This document shows, in pieces, positions 13,801 through 24,600 of a DNA stretch of 64,000 nucleotides. Made by a program: the position numbers and the translations under genes. The stretch is from positions 31,870,675 to 31,934,674 of the forward strand of contig NC_090387.1 of assembly GCF_036365525.1 (NCBI RefSeq). The letters run 5' to 3'. The notes under the pieces were generated by a model. It saw nothing but the letters and a program-made list of their open reading frames with translations. It did not search any database and was not told where the DNA came from. The stretch comes from Heterodontus francisci. Its lineage: Eukaryota. Positions within the stretch are counted from its first letter, which is position 1. Each line of letters begins with the position of its first letter.

Positions 13801-14175
13801 GTTATGAGGGGTCACAAGTTTAAGGTGGACAGGATGGATAGGGAGCAGCTGTTCCCCTTAGTTGAAAGGTCAGTTATGAGGGGTCACAAGTTTAAGGTGA
13901 GGGGCGGGAGGTTTAAGGGGGTTTTGAGGAAGAACTTTTTTACCCAGAGGGTGGTGACGGTCTGGAATGCCCTGCCTGGGAGGGTGGTAGAGGCGGGTTG
14001 CCTCACATCCTTTAAAAGGTACCTGCATGAGCACTTGGCACGTCATAACATTCAAGGTTATGGACCAAGTGCTGGCAAATAGGAGTAGGTAGACAGGTCA
14101 GGTGTCTTTAATGCATCGGTGCAGACCCGATGGGCCGAAGGGCCTCTTCTACACTGTATTATTCTGTGATTCTGT
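10900..14175 (+). mobile_element. CR1 LINE with ORF1 SGNH esterase and internally deleted ORF2 (APE and RT)
   Basis: 11014..11772 GDSIVRG, HVGTND, DGLHLN; 11824.. YFNARS, IVAITET, GVYYR; 13045..14082 RT; deletion junction near 12368. Confidence 0.93.
13754..13899 (+). repeat. 72-bp in-frame tandem duplication in CR1 ORF2
   Basis: DR(V/M)DREQLFPLVERSVMRGHKFKV occurs twice. Confidence 0.95.
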
Positions 14176-15259
14176 TTATTGGCCACATTTTGCACTGCGA
14201 GGGAGGTAAATTGTGCCAATGAAAACTTTTTTTGGCATTTAAATTTGGCTGCAAATGAGAGCTCAGGTCTACAAGGGATATGTTCATGGTTCTCACATGC
14301 ACATTGAGAGGTGAGTTTAGAGCGCACATGCGAGACTACAATACAAAATAGAGAGTGACAGGTAAAATTAAATCAACGTAATATCAATAGAGACTGAGGT
14401 TAAATATAGCCAATATAATATAAAATAGTGTGACAGAGATAAAATATGAAATTGAGACTGAGGTAAAATATAATCAATATAATATAGTTATCGCAGAGGA
14501 AGACCCATTCTAAAAATAGTACTTCTGTTGGGTTTGTAGGTCTTGGTTTGTGGAGTGTTTTGTTGGGTCCAGTGAAGTTTTGCACCTGTGGCCCAACAGT
14601 TGGTTTATCAGATATTGTAGCATGTATTGAGTGACAGTTTTTTGATCCATTCAATATAAAGCTCCTGGTTCTGTCTGTCCACAACTCTTCTTGGCATTTA
14701 GGTTTGGCTCCAAGCAAGAGATCAGGTCCACAGTGGATATGTTCAGAGTTTTTCCTCCTACGGTGAGAGGAGAGTTTTGTAAGGTCTCAGACTAGACTTT
14801 GCCTACCTTTTAGGTAAACAACCAGTATATTTTGTATATCAGAGATGAGTTTATTGAGTAATCAAAACATACTTAACAACAGGCAGTAGTTTAGTCAGCA
14901 TGGTCATCCTTGGTCCCTGAAGCTGCTGGCACAGATGGCGTTGTCTTCAGCTTGTTCTCCTCTTCCTTCTTCTGTAACTGTGCTTCGTTTTGTTGTGCTG
15001 CTCTGGGCCTCAAGGCAATTTCTTTTATGTCTTTGATTCAGCAGCCTCTCTACCATATTTGTTCATAATTCACTGGTTGAGAAGCCCTGCTACCTTACCC
15101 AAATGCAATCCTGCTTGACCTTTGGTAGGTCACACACTGATCATACTTCATCCTAGCCATTGTTTAAACACACGTTTTGACATCTATTTCCTCTTTACAA
15201 TGTATTGTTCCCTGTTGTCGTGTGGCAATTTTGCAATTGTTCAGCCTATTTGCTATGGT

Positions 15260-16910
15260 GGCACGGGAAGGGTGAGATGGCATGGGGGGATCGAGATGGC
15301 ATAGGGAGAAGAGGAGAGTGAGATGGCATGAAAAGGAATAGCATGGGGGAGGGAAGACGGCATGGGAGAGCAGCTGTCATGGGGGGGGGGGGGTGGGGAA
15401 GAGACTGCATGTGAGGGAGGGAGGAGGGGAGGGGGGTAAATGGCCTAGGGAGGTGTGGAATGGGAATGATAAGAGCTATATTTACATTTAAATTATACCA
15501 GAGGGCACAAGAACATGCCCCTTTAAAAACAATTCATAGATGCTTCCTCACCCTTAAACTGCAGCGCTTGGTGCTTTAATACCTCTATTTATCTGGTGCT
15601 GTTTTTGGAGCACATCAGCAGCTATCTCTCGCATCCTTTGCTATGGTTTTTCTTCAGAATAACAGGATGCATCTTGAGACATGACCTAATTCGTAACTTA
15701 AAGTCCCTTACTAGCTCCTGGACCTCATTGCTCCCCAGCTTCCCTTACTAGCTCCTGACTCTCATCACTCCCTGCCCCCGCTGCTCCCTTACTAGCCCCC
15801 AGCCCCTTCCGCTCTCCGGCCTCCCTTTTTGGCCCCTGGCTCCCGCTGCTCCCCAGCCCTCACTTACTCGGCTCCCGCCCCCAGAACATGTCACTCCCCG
15901 GCCTTGGTTACTGGGCTCTTGATGAAGATAGGGGTGGGCGGGGTGGAAACATGGGGAGTAACTATGGGAGAGGAGAGGAGAGGGGAGGGGAGCAGTCGTA
16001 TGGGTGTGCAGTGGCATAGGAGGGGTGAGATGGTATGGGAAGAGGAGGAGAATGAGACGGCATGAAGTGAACAGCATGGGGAAGGGAAAACAACATAGGA
16101 GAGTGGCTATCGTGGGGTGGGGGTGGAGGGGGAGGGAGGGAGGGATGGGGGCGACAGCATATCAAGAAGGCAGGAGGGGAGGGGGGATTGGCATAGGGGA
16201 CGGCATAGGAGGGGGGCTAGGATGGTCTAGGAGGTGTGGAATGGGAATGGGGATGATAGAGCTATATTTGCATTTAAAATTATACCAGAAAACATAAGAA
16301 CATGCTCCTTTAAAACAACTCATAGATGCTTCCTCACCCTTAAACTGCAGTGCTTGGTGCTTTAATGCCTCTATTTGTCTAGTGCTGTTTTTGCAGACAC
16401 AGCAGCAGCTATCTCTCACATCCTTTGCTATTGTTTTTCTTTAGAATAACAGGATGCATCTTGAGACACAACCTAATTAGTAACTTAAAGTCCCTTACTA
16501 GCCCCAGGACCTCATTGCTCCCCAGCTTCCCTTACTGGCCTGGGCTCCCACTGCTCCCCAGCCTCCCAGCCCTCATCGCTCCCCAGCTTCATTTACTGGG
16601 CTCTTGATGAAGATGGGGGCAAGGGGGGGGGGGTGGTGGTGGAGACTGGGGGTGTAACTGTGGGAGAGGGGAGAGCAGGCGGTCTGGGGGCGAGGGGGGC
16701 AGTAGTATGGGAGGGGTGAGATGGCACAAGAAGGGAAGATGGCATGGAGGGCTGCGGGTGGCAACATGGGGGGTATGGAGACTGCTTGTGAGGGAGGGAG
16801 GAGGAAATGGCATGGGGGTGGGGTGGGCTGGGATGGTCTAGGAGGTGTGGAATGGGGAAAATAGAGGGTATGGCATGAGAGGGTCACATGGGGAGGATGA
16901 AATGGCATGG
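15260..16910. repeat. G-rich/C-rich imperfect tandem duplication, period about 600-780 bp
   Basis: GGAGGTGTGGAATGGG at about 15449, 16230 and 16841; block 15450-15750 is repeated at 16230-16540. Confidence 0.85.
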
Positions 16911-17693
16911 GATGTGGATTTAAAGAAGCACTGTTGCAATAAAGGTGCTAATTTCACCGCAAATGTTTTGCAGGTCTCTTAAGTGATGAAATAATGCCAA
17001 TTTATGTGCAGAAAGCAAAATGAAGAGAGGGAAAGAAAGATGGGATCAAGAGAGATAAAACAAAAAGTAAAACATTTTAATTTGTGTAACTTTTTCAAAG
17101 ATTCTCCACAATAATCAAAATCTGAAGAAATGAGACTCTACACTTGTAAAAATTAAGTTTCAGTGCCAGAGAAGTTGTTTGGCAATACTTAAGACTTTGC
17201 ATGCTGTTAAATTTACTTACATTTGAATGGAGAAGCCCTAACACTTTAGGGCATGTTTAGTGGGTATCTACCAGGTAAATACCCCTACTTCAAGCCCTTC
17301 CATGTGGTATAATGCCAAGTCTCTCGGTATAATACTGTTACAGCACAGCTTTTTAAGGAATAAGGCAACTCGGGCAGTAACCTCCTGATTCTCACGTTTA
17401 ACCATGCATGCGGGGTCCCTGGGAGTTACTGTCTGAATTACAATTAGTAATGATGAACTCTGATAACCTCACCATTTTATCTACTGCAAAATCTGGGCCA
17501 ATGTCTCTTCGTAATTTTAAGCTCCCATCCATACTACTTACTATAAACATCAATGTTTGTGTCATCAGCAAACTTGGATATATAGCTCTCTCTCGTGTTA
17601 TGCAAGTCAGTAATAAATATAGTGAATAGTTGAGGCCCCAGCACAGATCCTTGTCAGACACCACAAGTCACTTCCTTTCAATTCGATTACATA

Positions 17694-17917
17694 ACCTGAA
17701 GTCTGGGCAGTGGCAGTCAGCGGCGGACCTGGGAAGAACCAGGACTGGAACGGAGCTGTTTAAATAAAGAGCGAGGCTCAAGGCCCTCACTTACCTGAAG
17801 TCTGGGACAGCCGCAGTCAGCGGCAGACCTGGGAGGAACCGAGACTGGAACGGAGCTGTTTAAATAAAGAGTGGGGCTTGAGGCTGTCACTTACCTGAAG
17901 TCTGGGACAGCCGCAGG
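17694..17917 (+). repeat. About 100-bp tandem monomers (2.3 copies), probable CR1 5' UTR
   Basis: ACCTGAAGTCTGGG at 17694, 17793 and 17893; shared GACTGGAACGGAGCTGTTTAAATAAAGAG. Confidence 0.8.
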
Positions 17918-18130
17918 CTCTCTGGCTGTGTCGGCGCATGCTCTGTTTGGTAAGTAGGAAAATAAAACTAACAGTGACATCACTGAAATTCTGTGAGTTG
18001 ATTGGGTGGCAGCTGTTGTTGCCTGTGGATAGCTTAGACAGAACAGTGTTAAAAAAAAAGGTTCTTTAAAATAACAAAGTAATTCATGACAACGCTACTT
18101 CATCGGAGAACGTCATCAGGATGCGCCGCG

Positions 18131-18365
18131 TTGCGCACATGCGCAGACGGTTTCATGCCCGTTGCGCATGCGCCGCGGTCCGACTCTCCAGGACTGATTT
18201 GCGCATGCGCAAAGGACGCGGTACGCGCATGCGCACACAGTCTATTCATCTCTGCGCATGCGCTGCAGTCCAACCTGCCGGTCAGGTTGTGCGCATGCGC
18301 AGATGACATCATCGTGTTAATTCGTCAACCTCCCGACGCGCCAGTTTGGCCTCTGCGCATGCGTC
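18131..18365. promoter_or_regulatory. Array of GCGCATGCGC palindromes (NRF1-type sites)
   Basis: Perfect copies at 18164, 18201, 18225, 18254 and 18291, plus variants near 18133 and 18355. Confidence 0.6.
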
Positions 18366-18505
18366 AAAGCTTCGGCGCGGCTTTTTGAAAGTGGAAGGAG
18401 CGGAGGTTTCGTCGGGCATCTTATCTGAATTATTTATTCGTTTTGGAGACTTGCTTCATTTTTATTTGACACAGGAGATTGTTCCAAGGCAAGTTGCTCT
18501 GCCTT

Positions 18506-18668
18506 TGTAAGTTGCTCTGAAAACATTTCCATTGTCTGGGCCACCGCATGTTCTCCAGTCCCTGTTGTGAGTTGCTCTGAAAACATTTCCATTGTCTGGG
18601 CCACCGCATGTTCTCCAGCCCTTGTTGTGAGTTGCTCTGAAAACATTTCCATTGTCTGGGCCACCGCA
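18506..18668. repeat. 60-bp tandem repeat, 2.7 copies
   Basis: GTTGCTCTGAAAACATTTCCATTGTCTGGGCCACCGCA recurs at an exact 60-bp period. Confidence 0.95.
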
Positions 18669-18688
18669 GGTAGCAGGATGAAGGCACA

Positions 18689-19657
18689 GTGACTGTGATT
18701 TCTGGCGCCAAACAGTACACACTGCAGATACATGATGGCCAGGCTACCTGCAGCTGCATCTTCTCCATTCAGACTTTGTTGCCCTGCAAACGTGCTGTTG
18801 TTGTGCAGAGGCATCTGGGTCTGCCTTTGGACAGGCTCGCCCCCAATTGTCGCTGGCGTGCATCTCAGACACCAACGACGACAGGCATGGCTGCTGCCAT
18901 TGTGATTACAGAGGAACAGCCAAGGCCCCTCAGCCACAATGAAAAATACCGCTTGCTTTCAGATCAATTGTACCAGCTGCAACAGGCCATTCTGCAGAGT
19001 GGAACGGCAGCATTCATGAGGAGACTGGACTGGCTGCGGCAACAGACTCTCCGCTGGCAGCAAGGACTGGCTGATGAGATGGAGCCATTTACTATGCCCA
19101 ACAATTGCCCGGAAGCACCTTCGGATGGAGGTGGCCGCGCGCTGGACATCAGTCACGTGTCACAAACCCTGGATCCTGAGCGTCTCACCCCCTGGCCTAA
19201 TGATCTGATGGACCATACATGTGCCTACCTGTTCAAATCTCCACTTCCCCTACCTGCGGTACCCTCTCCTTGCTGCTCAGTTACACAGTCACCTGCTCCT
19301 ACACCCATCAGGGCAGTGCACATGGACACACAGTTACCTGCTCCTACACCCATCAGGGCAGTGCACATGGACACACAGTTACCTGCTCCTACACCCATCA
19401 GGGCAGTGCACATGGACACACAGCCACCTGTTACCCCATCCGACGTTGAAACAACCATGCAGAGCCTTGTGAGACTCCGCAATTGCCAGTTGCTGCCTGT
19501 CAAGCAGAGAGGGCGTCCAAAGGGGTCAAGCACTTGGGGAACATTCAGCAAGAAGAGACTGAGCACTAAAAGAAACAAGCATGCCGTGTCCAGTGGTAGC
19601 AGAAATGTGAATGCTCTTGCTGTGAACACAACTGGTGATAGTCGTAGGCAGGATTAA
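18689..19657 (+). pseudogene. C-terminal MULE/ZSWIM-like transposase fragment (SWIM finger, AT-hook-like motif)
   Basis: ATCSCIFSIQTLLPCKR (CxCxnCxH with H to R), RW, and KQRGRPKG; upstream in-frame stop at 18671; no DDE core visible. Confidence 0.7.
19283..19430 (+). repeat. 45-bp in-frame tandem repeat, about 3.3 copies
   Basis: Encodes TQ(L/S)PAPTPIRAVHMD three times. Confidence 0.95.
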
Positions 19658-21014
19658 ATGGGAATGGATGGAAAGACGCACGAGTAACATAACCACTGGC
19701 AGGGAACTGCTGGGCTAAATGGCCAGCTTTATGTTCATAGCCCAAAAGAAATGTGCTTCTTTTCCAGCACCCTCACATCATTCATGTTTTCCCTGAGAGC
19801 AGCATTGAACCATCACGAGATAGGGGCAGCAACATCATCCTGCCTCCTACAGCTGAGGTGGGTACTAAGTGATTCATTGGCGGTGTTATCAGTACATGCC
19901 TTTACCGCAGAACACAAAGCATGCTCAACAGTAATTTCATTGGAGGGAGGGAAGCTCTGACACTGATGTTCTTTCCTTATTTTCTTTCATGTAAAACGTG
20001 CCCTTGAGAAAACAATCCTTGACACTTAAGGACGGCATTCAAGCAAAGGAGGCAGTGCGGGAGAGGACGCAAGGATGTGCTGATTCCTGCATCTGAGGTG
20101 GGTAATAAGTGCTTCATTGGCGACGTTATCAATTGGTGCCTTCACTGCAGAACTTAAAAAGGTGTGCACAACAGTAATTTCAGTGGATGGAGGGAGGCAA
20201 GCTCTGACTCTGATTTGCTTTATTTCTTTTCATGTAAAACATGCCGTCGAGAAAACAATCCTTGAGACTTAAGGTCAGCATTCAAGCAACGAAGGCAACT
20301 AGATCATGCTGCGGAGCTCATCACGATGTGGAAAGGAACATTGCATTTATGGATGAATTGGGAATGCACATTGGGATGCACTTGGGGAACATTCACCAAG
20401 AATAGACTGAGCTCAGACTGTTGTGACTTTGCCTTCTTCACATGGACAATACAGTAGTGGAATAGAGAGCCAAGCTTTTATTCACCACAAGGCTCTCCAG
20501 GAACAATCTCTTCAGCTGTGCATAGCAGAGAATCGGCCTGTCTAACGGGAATGCTGGACACAACACTCATGTATCCATGCACAGCAGTTCCTTGGATACT
20601 TAATGAACTTAATAAAACTTTTCAATAATTAAACCCAGAATTGTTGAGGTTTTGTTTTGCATGCTATTTCCCCGACTTTGCAACTGCACTTCAGATATTC
20701 AACTATGGTGGGGGGGCAGAGGGAGGGGTGTTTGAAGAGGGGGAGTGTGGGGAGGGGTGGGGAGAGGGAGCATGCAAAATGCAGGGACCAAACAGTTGCA
20801 ATGCCTGAAGTACTGAGGAGAAGTAGAGAAAGCAACTGGGTAGGGGAGAAAGCAACTGGATTGGGCATCCGCAGCTGGAGGGAACGGCTGAATGGAGAGG
20901 GCCGGAAGCGAGAGGCCGTAGAGAGCCGCGGGGAGCGAGCGTGCGAAGACCTTGGTGTCACCGGGTCCAGGGACTGGCCAGTAAGTCTTTTGCTGCACTC
21001 CTCTTCCGTTCCGC

Positions 21015-21247
21015 TGCTCCCCCCCCCACTCTCTCCCCTTCCTCCCTCTCCCCCCAGCTCTCCCCCTCCCCCCTTCCTTACCCCTCCCTCTCCCTCCCCC
21101 CCTCCCTCTCCCTCTTTCTCCCCTCCCTCTTTCTCCCCCTCCCCCCTCCCTCTTTCTCCCCCTTCCCCCCTCCCTCTTTCTCTCCCTCTCCCTCTTTCTC
21201 TCCCTCTCCCTCCCCCCCTCCCTCTCCCTCTTTCTCCCCCCCTCCCC
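21015..21247. repeat. Near-pure polypyrimidine (C/T) tract
   Basis: About 230 bp of CCCT/CTCT with almost no purines. Confidence 0.95.
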
Positions 21248-21267
21248 GGCACCGCTACCGCTGGTCT

Positions 21268-21417
21268 CCCCGCGCTGCTCTCCCCGGCCCCCGCGCTGCT
21301 CTCCACGGCCCCCGCGCTGCTCTCCACGGCCCCCGCGCTGCTCTCCACGGCCCCCGCGCTGATCTCCACGGCCCCCGCGCTGATCTCCACGGCCCCCGCG
21401 CTGATCTCCACGGCCCG
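21268..21417. repeat. 21-bp CpG-rich minisatellite, 7 copies
   Basis: CCCCCGCGCTG(C/A)TCTCCACGG units. Confidence 0.95.
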
Positions 21418-21601
21418 CTCCACTCTCTCACTCGGGCCATTGTATTCTGCCACGTGTTTGTTAGGTTTCATCTCTGTGATTTTTTGAATAGCGCCATCTT
21501 TAGTCCTGGCAGCTGCAACAGTCGCAGGCTGTGACGTTTTCGTGGCACATGCTGTATCTGCGCATGTGCCAAAACAGCGCCACCTACCGATCGCGTTGTC
21601 A

Positions 21602-24600
21602 ACAATTGCGGTCTTAAAATAAAGCCCTAGGATAACTACCTGTATTTTATTAGTGATTACTAGCTGGAATAGTGCTGTTTGCACAGAGTGAGGCTGAGTT
21701 GAGTGTGGGGGATTTTGATGGTTGGGGGCGGGGCGGGGGTGAGAGTGGGGAGGTGCTCCTTGTTCTCTTTCTTTTCTGCCTTTTCAGCCTCAATGGTACA
21801 GGGGATAAAGCTGATTGCAAATGGCTGTAAGTTACTACACTAGCTAAATTTCGTTGTAAAGCTAAGTAATGGCAGGGCAGCTCGGCCAAGTGGAATGTAC
21901 CTCCTGTGGTATGTGGGAAGTCGTGGACGTACCATGTAACCTTGACGAACATATCTGCAGGAAGTGTCTTCGGCTGCAGAAGTTTGAGCTTCGGGTTTCA
22001 GAGCTTGAATGGCAGCTGGAGTCACTGTGGCACATCCGCGAGGTGGACGACTATGTGGTTAACACGTTTCAGGAGGTAGTCAACCCGGTGCCTAAGCAAG
22101 CACTGTCAGAGAGCGACTGGATAGCTGCCAGATGGACAAGGTCAGGGCAGGTAGTGTAGGAGTCCCCGGAGGGCATCTCGCTTTCTAACCGGTATTCAAT
22201 TCTGAGTACAGATGGGAAGGAGGGTTCCTCTGTAGAGTGCAGTGACAGTCATGACCGGAACATCATGGGTGACTCAGCTGTGCTGGGAGGGAGGAAAAAG
22301 GATTAGAGAGCAATAGTGGTAGGGGCTTCTACGGTTAGAGGAACAGATAGGCATTTTTGTGGTTGCGACGTGATTCCAGGATGGTATGTTGCCTCCCTGG
22401 TGCAAGGGTCATGGATATCACCGAACGGCTACAGAGCATTCTGGAGGGCAAGGGTGCACAGCCGGAGGTCGTGGTCCACATTACTACCAACGATATTGCA
22501 AGAGGGATAGGGTCCTGCATGCTGAGTTTAGGGAGTTGGAAAAGAGATTAGCATGTAGGGCAACAAGGGTAATAATCTCCGGATTACTCCCAAGGCCACG
22601 TGCTAGTGAGTTTAGTAATAGGAAAATACACCAGATGAATGTGTGGCTGGAGAGATGGTGCAGGAGAGAGGGCTTCAGATTTCTGGGACATTGGGACCAG
22701 TTCTGGGGTAGGTGGGACCTGTATAAGCCGGATGGTCTGCACCTGAACAGGACTGGGACAAATATCCTTGCAGGAAGGTTTGCTAGTGCTGTTGGGGATG
22801 GGAACATGAGTGTAGTCTTAGGACAATTTCAGGGCAGGGAACAGGACGCAGAAAATTAGCAAAATTGGCGAGTGACCAAAAGACAGAAGAAGCAAAAGGT
22901 TAAAATTTGGAATTTGGCAGTGTTAAAGGGTATTTATTTAAATGCAAGGAGTATAGTAAATAAAGCAGATGAGTTGAGATCACAGATAGACACATGGCAA
23001 CACAATATCATTGCTATAACGGAAACTTGGCTTAAGGAGGGGCAAGAATGGCAGCTCAACATCCCTGGATTTAGCGTATTCATACGTGATAGAGAGGGAG
23101 ATAAAAAAGGGGGTTGTAGCATTATTAGTCAAGGAATCAATAACAGCTTTGAGGACAGATGATATACTAGATGAATCATCAAACAAGGCCGTATGGGTGG
23201 AGCTCAAATAAAATGGGGGCAGCCACATTACTGGGAGTGTACTATAGACCCCCAAATAGTGAGAGGGAGATAGAGGAACAAATATTTAGGCAAATTTCTG
23301 AATGCAATAACTTTAGGGCAGTGATGGTTGGGGATTTCAACTACCCCAATATTGACTGGGATACAGACAGTGTGAAGGGCACAGAGAGGACAAAATTCTT
23401 GAACTGCATTCAAGAGAACTTTTTTAGCCAGCACGTAACAAGCCCAACGAGAGGAGGCACAATTCTAGATTTAAATTTTCGGTAATGAAGCTGGGCAAGT
23501 GGATGAAGTAACAGCGGGTGACCATTTTGGAGACAGTGACCATAACACAGTTAGTTTTAGCATAATCATGGAAAATGACAAAGATAAGACAGGAGCCAAG
23601 GTTCTAAATTGGGGGAAGGCAAATTTTATGAAACCAAGAGGTGACCTGGCGAAGGTGGACTGGATACAGCTTCTTGAAGGAAAATCAGTGGCAAACCAGT
23701 GGGAGGCATTCAAAAGCAAGATACTATAGGTACAGTGTAGGCATGTCCCCACAGAGATAAAGGGTGGTACTGCCAAATCTAGAGCTCCCTGGTTATCTAG
23801 GAGCTTACAGGATAGGTTAAAGCAAAAAAAAAGAAAGCTTATGATGATCAAAAATATCTTAATACTTTAGAAAGCCCAGAGGAGTATAGAAAGTGCAGGG
23901 GTGAAGTAAAAAAGGAAATTAGAAAAGCAAAGAGAGGGCATGAAAAGTCATTGACAGGTAAAATCAAGGAAAACCCGAAGATATTTTATCGGTACATTAA
24001 GAGTAAGAGGATAACTAAGGAAAGGGTAGGGCCTATCAGAGATGTTTCGGGGAACTTATACATGGATGCAGAAGATGTGGGCAAGGTTTTTAATGAGTTT
24101 TTTGTCTCTTTCTTCACAAAGGAGAGGGTTGATGCAGAAATTGTAGTTAAAGAGGAGTGTGAAATAAATGATAAGGTAAGCATAATGAGAGAGGAAGTGC
24201 TTGAGGGTCTGACATCCCTGAAAGTGGATAAATGGCCAGGCCTGGATGTTTTGCATCCCAGGCTGTTAAAGGAAGCCAGGGAGGAAATAGAGGATGCACT
24301 GAGGATCATCTTCAAATCGTCACTAGATACAGACGAGGTACCAGATGACTGGAGGTCTGCAAACATTGTACCATTGTTTAAAAAGGGTGCGAGGAATAAG
24401 CCAGGTAATTATAGGCCAGTCAGTCTGACCTCGCTGGTGGGTAAGTTGTTAGTTTATCCTGTCCAGAATTGATTCTGTCACTTAGAAAAGCACAGATTAA
24501 TCACAGATAGTCAGCATGGATTTAAGGGAAGGTCATGGCTTACTAACTTGATTGAGTTTTTGAGAAAGTAACAAGGAGGATTGATGAGGATAGTGCAGTG

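Larger units (their letters stand above)
10498..17499. mobile_element. Harbinger-type non-autonomous element expanded by nested insertions
   Basis: TIRs GGCCCAAATTTT / AAAATCTGGGCC (11/12); flanks ATT/AAT; both ends resemble element 44624-45324; it splits a CR1. Confidence 0.65.
18088..21600 (+). mobile_element. MULE/Mutator-like (SWIM-domain) non-autonomous DNA element
   Basis: Short TIR GACAACGC / GCGTTGTC; CpG-rich ends; internal SWIM and AT-hook ORF; no TSD seen. Confidence 0.6.

Noticed and set aside
14778-15199. Possible solo LTR (TGTAAG..TTTACA) or minus-strand exon
   Set aside because: No matching TSD and no recognisable protein.
18506-18668. Regular repeats resembling a CRISPR array
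   Set aside because: The intervening segments are themselves repeats (a plain 60-bp tandem), the context is eukaryotic, and there are no cas genes.
20629-21684. Long ORFs (351, 276 and 197 aa) on both strands
   Set aside because: Open only because of the C/T tract and the 21-bp minisatellite; low-complexity translation with no domain.
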